From Candidatus Daviesbacteria bacterium (GTDB taxonomy: Bacteria; Patescibacteriota; Microgenomatia; Daviesbacterales; UBA10151), in assembly GCA_016195715.1 (NCBI GenBank), contig JACPZA010000032.1, forward strand, positions 1-59,012: 59,012 nt of DNA. Direction: 5' to 3'. Shown here piece by piece: positions 47,363-55,662 of this stretch. The notes under the pieces were generated by a model that ran no database searches, was not told where the DNA came from, and was given only the letters and a program-made list of their open reading frames with translations. The translations under genes were made by a program, and so were the position numbers. The first letter of the stretch is position 1, and each line of letters begins with the position of its first letter.

Positions 47363-49003
47363 ATGTATCTGCTCAAAAGAGTTTATGATCAAAAAGGATC
47401 AGCCCCGGTTTTGGTTTTAATCGCAGTTTTAGGTCTAATTAGTTTTCTAGCTATCTCTTCAACTTTTAACTTTAAAAATAAACTTTTTGGATCTTTGTAT
47501 CCTAAACCTGCTTCTCATGCTGCCACTGCTAGTGCCCAACCTAATATTATAGTTTTAATGTCTGATGATCAAACTTTAGCTCAACAAGCATTTTTACCTA
47601 AGATTAATTCTTTAATTCGCGATCAAGGCACTAACTTTACTAATTTTTTTACTACCAACTCTTTATGTTGTCCATCAAGAGCTACTTTTTTATCTGGACA
47701 ATATTCTCATAATAATAATGTCTGGGATGATCAAGGAACTTTTGCCTATCCAGCTTTTGATAACTCTAAATCTCTACCTTTGTGGTTACAGTCTGTAGGT
47801 TATACTACAGCTCATTTTGGAAAATATTTAAACGGTTATACCCCAACAACTAGCAATCCCTTTGTTCCAGCTGGGTGGAATGAGTTTTATGGTGGAGTAG
47901 GGACTACTATTTATAAATATTGGGGTTATACTTTAAATGAGATGAATGCTACTCAATCAGCTCATCTTGTCCAATATCCTAATGACAATTCAGCAGATCC
48001 AGTTGGCTCTGATAAATACCATCAAGTTAATTTAGTTGCCTCAAAAGCAGTAGATTTTATTAATAGACATGCTAGTGATACTAAACCTTACTTTATGTGG
48101 GTAGCGATGTTTGCTCCACATGAAGGAGGACCAGGAACTAATGGTGCAACCCCCTCTCATGCCCACGCTCATGACTTTGACACTGCAATATTACCAAAAA
48201 ATCCCAACTTTAATGAAGCTGATGTCTCAGATAAACCTAGTATGATCTCAAGCCAGCCGTTAATGACCACTAAGGCGATTAACCAAGCCCAAGCCAGGTG
48301 GAGAAATGCACTTGATGCTATCCAATCAGAAGATGATGCTGCCAACAACATAATTAATGCGCTAAATTCAACTGGAAAGTTAAACAATACCATTATCATC
48401 TTTACTACAGATAATGGTTACTTTTACGGTGAACATAGATGGCCAAAAGGTAAGATTTTAAATTATGAGGAGTCAATTCACTTACCCTTTATGATTAGAG
48501 GTCCTGGTATTCCAGTTCAGTCAATTAATGCTTTAACAGCTACCATTGATTGGGCCCCAACCATAGCTGATTATGGCCAAGTACCAGGTGCTAACACTAC
48601 TAGAGTATTAGACGGGATGTCAGTTAAACCTTTAATCGCTACTCCCTCTACGGCTTGGAGAAATACTTTATTAGTTGAAGCCACAACTAAAGAATATTTT
48701 GGAGTTATAGCTCAAACCTTTAGTGGTGGAAACATTACTGGTAACTGGATGTATACAGAACATGCTACTTCAACTACTAACCCCAAAGAGCTATATGACA
48801 AAATTGCTGATCCTTGGGAGTTGAATAACTTAATGTATTCTGACCCACCAAAGCTAGATCCAAACTTAGTAACTACTCTCAGTCAACTTAAAACTTGTAA
48901 CCAAACAGGTGGTGTCAGCTGTGCAAGTATTAGCTATGCTACTGCAAGTGCTACACTAATGCCAACCCCGACAGCCAGTTCTTCCGCTGCGCCTACACCT
49001 TAA
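47363..49003 (+). CDS. Cys-type sulfatase (N-acetylglucosamine-6-sulfatase-like) with pilin-like N-terminus
   Basis: PNIIVLMSDDQ, CCPSR (formylglycine motif), GKYLNGY, DNG...GEH and ELYD..DPWEL.NL; TTGACA-17-TACTAT promoter. Confidence 0.85.
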   Translation: MYLLKRVYDQKGSAPVLVLIAVLGLISFLAISSTFNFKNKLFGSLYPKPASHAATASAQPNIIVLMSDDQTLAQQAFLPKINSLIRDQGTNFTNFFTTNSLCCPSRATFLSGQYSHNNNVWDDQGTFAYPAFDNSKSLPLWLQSVGYTTAHFGKYLNGYTPTTSNPFVPAGWNEFYGGVGTTIYKYWGYTLNEMNATQSAHLVQYPNDNSADPVGSDKYHQVNLVASKAVDFINRHASDTKPYFMWVAMFAPHEGGPGTNGATPSHAHAHDFDTAILPKNPNFNEADVSDKPSMISSQPLMTTKAINQAQARWRNALDAIQSEDDAANNIINALNSTGKLNNTIIIFTTDNGYFYGEHRWPKGKILNYEESIHLPFMIRGPGIPVQSINALTATIDWAPTIADYGQVPGANTTRVLDGMSVKPLIATPSTAWRNTLLVEATTKEYFGVIAQTFSGGNITGNWMYTEHATSTTNPKELYDKIADPWELNNLMYSDPPKLDPNLVTTLSQLKTCNQTGGVSCASISYATASATLMPTPTASSSAAPTP

Positions 49004-49076
49004 ATTTTAAGTTGCTCTTTTGTTAATCTTTTGTTAAAATAGCTTTCATCAATAAAAGAAAGTAAGGTGAAAATGT

Positions 49077-50138
49077 TTGAGCAGTGCTATGTCAATGGCG
49101 GATCTGCTGGCCAAGCAAGATCTTAAAAAACTATCTATTTCTCGTGGTCAGGAATTAACTGGTGAAGTTGTAGGGATTACTGAATCTGAAGTTGTTTTTG
49201 ATTTAGGTACCAAATCTGAAGGTATATTACCCAAAAAAGATTTTTTAGATGAGCAACTTAAATCACTAAAAGTAGGTGATAAGCTTCCAGTTTTTGTGAC
49301 TTTAGTAGAAAATGAAGCTGGTCAAGTTCTCCTTTCTTTAAGAAAAGCTACTCCTAAAGGCATGCAAAATCCAAAATGGGATAAGTTCCAAGCTGCTTTT
49401 AAAGAGGGTAAAACATTTTCTGGCAAAGGAGTTGAGGTTAATAAAGGTGGATTAATTGTTGAAGTTGGAGAGGTTAGAGGGTTTTTACCAGCTTCACAAG
49501 TTTCACTTTCTCAAGCTTCAGCTCTAGATGATTTAGTTGGTAAAGATGTGACGGTAACAGTCATTGAAATAGATCCATCTCAAAATAGACTAATTTTTTC
49601 CCAAAAAGCTAATGTTTCAGAGGAAGTTAAAGAAAAATTAGGCAAAATAAAATTAGGAGATAAAGTTACAGGTAAAGTAGCAGCTGTTTTACCTTTTGGT
49701 ATTTTTGTAACTTTGTCTGATGGAGTAGAGGGTTTAGTTCATGTTTCAGAGATCTCTTGGGAAAAAGTTGAAGATCCAGCTAAATTATTTAAAGTTGGAG
49801 ACGAGGTCTCTGGTCAAGTTATCTCAGTTGATTCAAATACTAATCGAGTTAATTTATCGATTAAGCAAACCAAAGATGATCCATTTTTGGCAGTTGCAAA
49901 CAAATATAAAAAAGATGATATAGTCAAAGGAGTTGTATCAAAAGTTTCTAGTATAGGGGTGTTTATTACACTTGATGATAGCTTAGAAGGGTTGATCCAT
50001 TCATCTAAAATTGAACAAGGTACAATTTATGAGGTTGGTCAAAAAATTACAGCTTTAGTTGATAATATAGATAGCTTAAAAAGAAGAATAGCATTAGTAC
50101 CATTTATAACTACTACTAAAGGTTTAATTTACAAATAA
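49077..50138 (+). CDS. rpsA: Ribosomal protein S1 (4 S1 domains); start may be a downstream ATG
   Basis: Repeated S1 motifs: DLGTKSEG, GFLPASQ and GLVHVSEISW. Confidence 0.85.
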   Translation: MSSAMSMADLLAKQDLKKLSISRGQELTGEVVGITESEVVFDLGTKSEGILPKKDFLDEQLKSLKVGDKLPVFVTLVENEAGQVLLSLRKATPKGMQNPKWDKFQAAFKEGKTFSGKGVEVNKGGLIVEVGEVRGFLPASQVSLSQASALDDLVGKDVTVTVIEIDPSQNRLIFSQKANVSEEVKEKLGKIKLGDKVTGKVAAVLPFGIFVTLSDGVEGLVHVSEISWEKVEDPAKLFKVGDEVSGQVISVDSNTNRVNLSIKQTKDDPFLAVANKYKKDDIVKGVVSKVSSIGVFITLDDSLEGLIHSSKIEQGTIYEVGQKITALVDNIDSLKRRIALVPFITTTKGLIYK

Positions 50139-50176
50139 TCTAACAAGCAATATTATAAATCTGCCCAAAAACACTT

Positions 50177-51157
50177 ATGGCAGCAGAATCTTTAAAATTT
50201 CATGATTATCCCAAGCTAAGAGTAATTGAGCCCATTCAACCGACTACAAGCTTAAACGGAGCTTTGAGACAAAAAACTTTGGGAACTAGACAAAGAGTCG
50301 TTAGTTTGCTTGCAGAAAACATCCCTTATTTTTCTGGAGCACAAGGAGCAAATAGGCTTTCGGACGCATGCGGTTGGGGAACTTTGGCGGCAACAGCACT
50401 TAGTACAAGTTTAAACTTAACTCAAGGTAAAATACCTCATCTTGCTAAAACAGGCCTTATTTTTAGTACTCTTGGTCCGGCTCTAGCTATTGACGCTTTA
50501 GATGGAGAGTTAGCTAGAAAATTTAGAAATAAATATCGAGAAGAAAAACTTTCAGCAAATGGAGAGTTAAAACCGCACGATGAAGAATTTCTTAAGCAGC
50601 ACGAAATTGCTGGAGCAATTCGCGATAATGGATGGGATAGGGAACTGGAAGCTGCTATGGCTGGAGCCAGGCTTTGGGTTGCATTAGATAAGATGTCAAA
50701 AGCTAAAGGCGCTTTGAAGATTTATTATGGTTTTGGGGCTGCAGCTGCAGCAATCTCCATGATTGTTAGACCCAAGACAAGTTTAGCCAGAGCAGAAGCA
50801 GAGAAAGTATATAAAATTGTTCCAGAAACAGAAGCAGGAGCTGCCAGATTAGGCAATCGTGAAGGAGCAGCGATGGTTGCAATAATTGCTCATGCCCTGC
50901 CGGAAGTTCAACCTTTATTAGATGCAGTTTGTGCTGGTTCAAGCCTTATTAGTTCTAAGCATAGAATGGAAATAGTCAGGGTTGGTCAGGCAGTTGATTT
51001 AGAGCGTTTAACTCCAGCCGAAAGAAGGAAAATGGAGATAAAACGCCAGATTGCCCCAACTAAAATTGCTGATGCTAGGTTTTATCAATCATTAGGTTTA
51101 TTAGGTGCAGTGGGAGTTCCAGCAACTTATTTTATTATTTCAAGATTTAGAAGATAA
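50177..51157 (+). CDS. Divergent CDP-alcohol phosphatidyltransferase-like membrane protein
   Basis: DALDGELAR and GAIRDNGWD match DxxDGxxAR...GxxxDxxxD with a long spacer. Confidence 0.55.
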   Translation: MAAESLKFHDYPKLRVIEPIQPTTSLNGALRQKTLGTRQRVVSLLAENIPYFSGAQGANRLSDACGWGTLAATALSTSLNLTQGKIPHLAKTGLIFSTLGPALAIDALDGELARKFRNKYREEKLSANGELKPHDEEFLKQHEIAGAIRDNGWDRELEAAMAGARLWVALDKMSKAKGALKIYYGFGAAAAAISMIVRPKTSLARAEAEKVYKIVPETEAGAARLGNREGAAMVAIIAHALPEVQPLLDAVCAGSSLISSKHRMEIVRVGQAVDLERLTPAERRKMEIKRQIAPTKIADARFYQSLGLLGAVGVPATYFIISRFRR

Positions 51158-51177
51158 ATTAATGGTAAAATACGCTT

Positions 51178-52638
51178 ATGCCAAAGGTATCTTCTATTTT
51201 TGTTTGTCAGCAATGTGGCTACCAATCACCAACATATTTAGGTAGATGTCCTGAGTGTCAAAGTTGGAACTCATTTGTTGAGCAAATCTCTCAAATTAGT
51301 ATTTCTCATTCTAAATCCACTAAACTCAAAGAGTTAAAAAATGCCGAAGTTATTCAGCTAAAAGATTTAAATCAAGATCACTATGATAGATTAAGTTCTA
51401 GTATCTTAGAGTTTGATAGGGTTTTAGGGGGAGGAATTGTTAGGGGATCTTTGGTGTTACTGGCTGGTGATCCAGGCATTGGAAAGTCTACTTTGCTATC
51501 ACAATTGGCGATCAATCTGGCCGCTCCTGGTGCAACTGAGCAACGGGGTCCTGTCACCTCTATCAAAGCGGGTCCTGCCGACTCACAGCCCCATTCGACC
51601 TCCTCGGATGCACTGCGGGGGCTCAATGGGACGCCCCGTTCGTCGTCACCCGCTACTTCTGTGTTAATCTCAAAGCAAGTTCTTTATATTGCTGGGGAAG
51701 AGTCAGCCCAGCAAATTAAATTAAGGATCGACAGGATCAAAAAAGGCGCCAGTTTCGCTATTTTAAATGAAGTCGATGTTGATATTATAACTGGAGTGAT
51801 TGAACAACTTAAACCAGCTTTAGTAATTGTGGACTCAATTCAAACACTTAAAACTTCAGATTTAGAATCAGCACCTGGTTCAGTAGGGCAAGTTAGAGAG
51901 TCTGCTCAAAGATTGCAAACCATTGCCAAAAAACTACACATTCCAATTTTTTTAGTTGGTCATGTAACTAAAGAAGGTACAGTAGCTGGACCAAAAACCC
52001 TAGAACACTTAGTTGATGTAGTTTTATCACTAGAGGGTGAAGAGACTAGTCAGTTTCGAGTTTTAAGAGCTAATAAAAATCGTTTTGGTCCAACTGATGA
52101 GGTGGGAATATTTGAGATGGATGAAACTGGGATGGTTGAGGTTAAAAACCCCTCTAAAATCTTTTTAGAACAAAAAGTTAATGCACCAGGTTCAGCTGTG
52201 GTAGCAATCTTAACAGGTCTTAGGCCAATTTTGCTGGAGATTCAGGCTTTGGTGACCAAAACTAACTTAGCTTTCCCTAGAAGGGTGGGAAATGGGATAG
52301 ATAATAATAGGTTGCAACTTTTAGTAGCTGTTTTGAGCAAGCGTTTAAATTTAAATTTATTTGATAAAGATGTATTTATAAATGTCACAGGTGGGATGAA
52401 AATTTTTGAACCAGCTGTAGATTTAGCAATTTGCATGGCGATTGTCTCTTCATTTAAAGACAAAGCGATTAATCCTAAGTTAGTATTTATTGGAGAAGTA
52501 GGACTTTTGGGTGAACTTAGAGCAGTTCGGCAAATGAGTAAACGAACTCAAGAAGCCAAAGCATTGGGATTTAGTAAAGTTATTTCCAGTGATAATGCTA
52601 AGTCGCTAACTGAAGCTTTGAGGCTATCTTTGAGTTAA
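51178..52638 (+). CDS. radA: DNA repair protein RadA/Sms with an approximately 45-aa in-frame insertion
   Basis: CQQC/CPEC Zn finger, GDPGIGKST, VDSIQT, KNRFG and Lon-like C-terminus GEVGLLGE. Confidence 0.96.
   Translation: MPKVSSIFVCQQCGYQSPTYLGRCPECQSWNSFVEQISQISISHSKSTKLKELKNAEVIQLKDLNQDHYDRLSSSILEFDRVLGGGIVRGSLVLLAGDPGIGKSTLLSQLAINLAAPGATEQRGPVTSIKAGPADSQPHSTSSDALRGLNGTPRSSSPATSVLISKQVLYIAGEESAQQIKLRIDRIKKGASFAILNEVDVDIITGVIEQLKPALVIVDSIQTLKTSDLESAPGSVGQVRESAQRLQTIAKKLHIPIFLVGHVTKEGTVAGPKTLEHLVDVVLSLEGEETSQFRVLRANKNRFGPTDEVGIFEMDETGMVEVKNPSKIFLEQKVNAPGSAVVAILTGLRPILLEIQALVTKTNLAFPRRVGNGIDNNRLQLLVAVLSKRLNLNLFDKDVFINVTGGMKIFEPAVDLAICMAIVSSFKDKAINPKLVFIGEVGLLGELRAVRQMSKRTQEAKALGFSKVISSDNAKSLTEALRLSLS
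51570..51651. repeat. GC-rich structured intragenic element, copy 2 (sense to the host CDS), preceded by a deletion derivative at 51543-51558
   Basis: 45-nt perfectly identical core with copy 1; read as GPADSQPHSTSSDALRGLNGTPRSSSP. Confidence 0.9.
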
Positions 52639-52690
52639 GACTTGAAAGAAACTTTACAAAGTAGTTAAAATAGAAGGTGTTTACAAAACA

Positions 52691-53467
52691 ATGGAAACTG
52701 CTAAACCAAAAAAAGAAACAATTAAAGAAGATGACTCAAAAGAACAGGATTTAGAAGAAAAGGATCTAAAACCTAAGCCAACTTTTGTTTCAGAAGAAAA
52801 AGCCACAGATGATAAAGAAAACATAACTGATGATCAAGATAATTCATCTGAGCATGATTTTGATGATTTAACAAAGGAAAAAAATATGGAGGATCTAAAA
52901 TCAGAAAATCAAGAATCAGGTGGACATAATATTCCTCATTTAAGCTCGTTAAACTCACGTATGCCAAGTTCTGGGGTTTATTCCAGCCTAGGAACCAGAC
53001 CCACTGGTTCAAACAAGCTGCATATCTTAATTTTAATCGCCATTGGAATTGTGGTAATTGGGGCAACGGTTTATCTATTGCGTGGTACATTTAAGTTAGG
53101 CTCATCTGAGTCAACAGCTACTCCTCAATCTTCATCCAGTCCTACACCAACCCCATCTCCGACTCCAACCCCAATTGCGATTGACAGATCCAAGTTTAAG
53201 ATTAGAATTTTAAATGGTAGTGGTAAATCTGGTTTAGCTGCATCTGTGTCAGCTAAGCTTAAAGGCTTGGGTTACCAGATTGAGCGGACTGGTAATGCTA
53301 CAAATTCAGCTTTTGAGGTTACTCAAGTTCGCGGCAAAGATTCAAGCGTGGATTTAATCGCTCAATTAATTTTAGATTTAGCTCCTGATTTCAAAGCAGC
53401 TAGCAGTAGCTCAGCATTAAAATCTTCCGACACCTCAGATGGGGAAGTTATTTTAGGTCTTCAATAG
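52691..53467 (+). CDS. Single-TM protein with LytR C-terminal domain
   Basis: Acidic N-terminus, TM, PT linker, IRILNGSGKSGLA..LKGLGY...GNA and EVILG. Confidence 0.8.
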   Translation: METAKPKKETIKEDDSKEQDLEEKDLKPKPTFVSEEKATDDKENITDDQDNSSEHDFDDLTKEKNMEDLKSENQESGGHNIPHLSSLNSRMPSSGVYSSLGTRPTGSNKLHILILIAIGIVVIGATVYLLRGTFKLGSSESTATPQSSSSPTPTPSPTPTPIAIDRSKFKIRILNGSGKSGLAASVSAKLKGLGYQIERTGNATNSAFEVTQVRGKDSSVDLIAQLILDLAPDFKAASSSSALKSSDTSDGEVILGLQ

Positions 53468-53545
53468 TTTTTCTCTTGCCTTATTTGCTATTAGTGTGTC
53501 ATACTTAAATTTAGTAAGACTTTTATTGGATTTATTGTAAAGCTT

Positions 53546-53589
53546 GAGCTTTGCTCATTGTGGCATTCTACAAGAGCTTTGCTCATTGT
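53546..53589. repeat. 16-nt direct repeat GAGCTTTGCTCATTGT (two copies, 12-nt spacer)
   Basis: Copies at 53546-53561 and 53574-53589; same motif at 25575-25589. Confidence 0.75.
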
Positions 53590-54529
53590 CTTACTAAAGG
53601 AATTATCTTTTGTGAACTTAAAGCTGGTTTTAAGGCTAGTTTTAGCCGTCATTTTTGCATTAATTGCTTTCATCTTTTCGGAGGTCGTACCGGACCTTCC
53701 CCCATTTAGTCATATTTTTTTGCGAATTATTATTACATTTTGGTTTGGTTTAATGGGGTTTGGTCTATTTCCTGAAGTCGCTCAAAGGTTTAGACAGCTA
53801 ACTTTGTCCACAATTAATTTATTAACTACTAGAGTAAGCAGCGAGGTGATGAGTCAAATTATGAGACTTCCTCAACAATCTTCAGTTCATGTCCCAATGC
53901 GCCACCACGCACCGCTTGGTGGAGTAGCAGCTAATCAACCTTTAATTTTAGATACTAGTGCGATTATTGATGGAAGAATTTTAGATATCGCTAAAACTGG
54001 CTTTATTTCTGGAATTTTGCTTTTACCTAGCTTTGTCTTAGCTGAGCTTCAACAGGTGGCTGATTCATCGGATTACCTAAAAAGAAGCCGAGCCAGGCGA
54101 GGTTTTGAGATTATTGAGGATTTAAAAAAAATCAAGGGATTTAGAATAGAGATTTGGGATAAAGAACCAGTTGCTAAAACAGTTGATGATAAATTATTAA
54201 AATTAGCTAAAAGCTTAAATGGCAAAATTATTACTACTGATTTTAACTTAAATCGTGTAGCTTCAGTTTCAGGGATTAATGTCTTAAATATTAATGATCT
54301 TGCCAATGCAGTCAAAACTTTAGCTATTCCTGGAGAGAATTTAACCATTAAGGTTATTCATATTGGTAAAGATGCCAAACAGGGTGTAGGTTATTTAGCT
54401 GATGGAACCATGGTAGTTGTAGAAAATGGTGCCGAACTGGTTGGAAAAGAGATTAAAACTGAGGTTACCAGAATGCTTCAAGTTCCAGCTGGAAGAATGA
54501 TTTTTGCTAAAAGAAATAGCTCTAAATAG
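53558..54529 (+). CDS. PIN/TRAM domain membrane protein (YacL-like); true start possibly slightly downstream
   Basis: ILDTSAIIDGRI, ELQQVADS, RRG, TTDFNLN and GVGYL.DGTMVVVE motifs. Confidence 0.9.
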   Translation: MWHSTRALLIVLLKELSFVNLKLVLRLVLAVIFALIAFIFSEVVPDLPPFSHIFLRIIITFWFGLMGFGLFPEVAQRFRQLTLSTINLLTTRVSSEVMSQIMRLPQQSSVHVPMRHHAPLGGVAANQPLILDTSAIIDGRILDIAKTGFISGILLLPSFVLAELQQVADSSDYLKRSRARRGFEIIEDLKKIKGFRIEIWDKEPVAKTVDDKLLKLAKSLNGKIITTDFNLNRVASVSGINVLNINDLANAVKTLAIPGENLTIKVIHIGKDAKQGVGYLADGTMVVVENGAELVGKEIKTEVTRMLQVPAGRMIFAKRNSSK

Positions 54530-54626
54530 ATCAAACTATCTGCTTAGTTGACAACTTAGCGATTTCTTATATAATTTCAATCCCTGCAATACTACCCATC
54601 AAATCTGCCTAAGTAAATTTTAGGCT

Positions 54627-54713
54627 ATGCTATATTTTGGTATATTTACAGTTGGATTTTATCTTGGAATAATGTTTCTTTTGTTGATTTCCAAAGATAA
54701 AGAGAAAAATTAA
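54627..54713 (+). CDS. 28-aa single-TM microprotein MLYFGIFTVGFYLGIMFLLLISKDKEKN
   Basis: Hand translation; TTGACA-16-TATAAT at 54548-54575 upstream; below the ORF track size cut-off. Confidence 0.45.
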   Translation: MLYFGIFTVGFYLGIMFLLLISKDKEKN

Positions 54714-55662
54714 ATTAAATTTTCCAGTTTAACTTCTGGGAAAACTGTTCTGTATCCTGTATATTTTTTAACGGAAGGACCCTTTTAATCTTACTTTCAA
54801 CTGGTAATAAAAAAAGGCCTTAGAGACTATTAAAGTTAATTATCTTTAATTTTAAGATAGCCTATTGTGATTTAGATTGTTAAGACAGGCTCTTTTTAGG
54901 TTATGTAGGTTTTATTACGTAAGACTTATCAGTATATTTGATACTGTTGATATAAAAGACTAATTTTCAACTATAAGTCTAATTTTATCAATTTTAAGGT
55001 TATAGCTATTAAGTAGGTATTAATGATTAGTAGGATAAATATTTTTTATTAAGTTGCTATTTAGTTTTAACTTATTTTAAATACAGATAAATAATATAGA
55101 TATATAGGTAGTTATATGTATAACAATAGAATATCTTTTTTCTCTATATGTAGAATATAATTTTACTTATCAAACTTATATAATTATTTATATTCTTTAA
55201 GTAAGTATTTATTATATATAAAAAATATATCCAATAATTTTTTAATAGCATTCTTTTTTTAGTTAAGAAAATAGACATAAATATATCATTAAATCTTTAC
55301 TAGTTTTAATTTATAACTCAAATATATTGTTATATCAGTCTAATAATGAATCAAATAATTACTCAATGAAATAAAGATATTCATTCATTATTATTTTTAC
55401 CTGAGGATTTATTTTAGATGATATTATCTTATAATATTTTCTTTAAAAATCTAATTATTAATCTATATAAAATCACATAAAACTTATCTTTTGGCCAAAA
55501 AGAGGCTAATTTTGCGGCTTTTAGGGGCATTTTTGTGACCTATTTAAGTATCATTTTTATAATTTGTAAACATTTAAAATAATAACTCTAAAAAAAATTA
55601 TAATAATTTGAATCCATAAAGATTATATTGACACCAGTTATCATTAATGTTAACAATTTATT

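Noticed and set aside
51381-51667. ORFs 51381..51626 (-) and 51437..51667 (+) as separate genes
   Set aside because: They overlap radA; the shared peptide SPRSASEEVEWGCE simply reflects the repeat element read antisense.
53546-53589. Mini CRISPR array
   Set aside because: Only two 16-nt repeats with a 12-nt spacer, and no cas genes.
54530-55660. Possible replication origin
   Set aside because: AT-rich with TTATC words, but no full TTATCCACA-type boxes and no dnaA/dnaN nearby.
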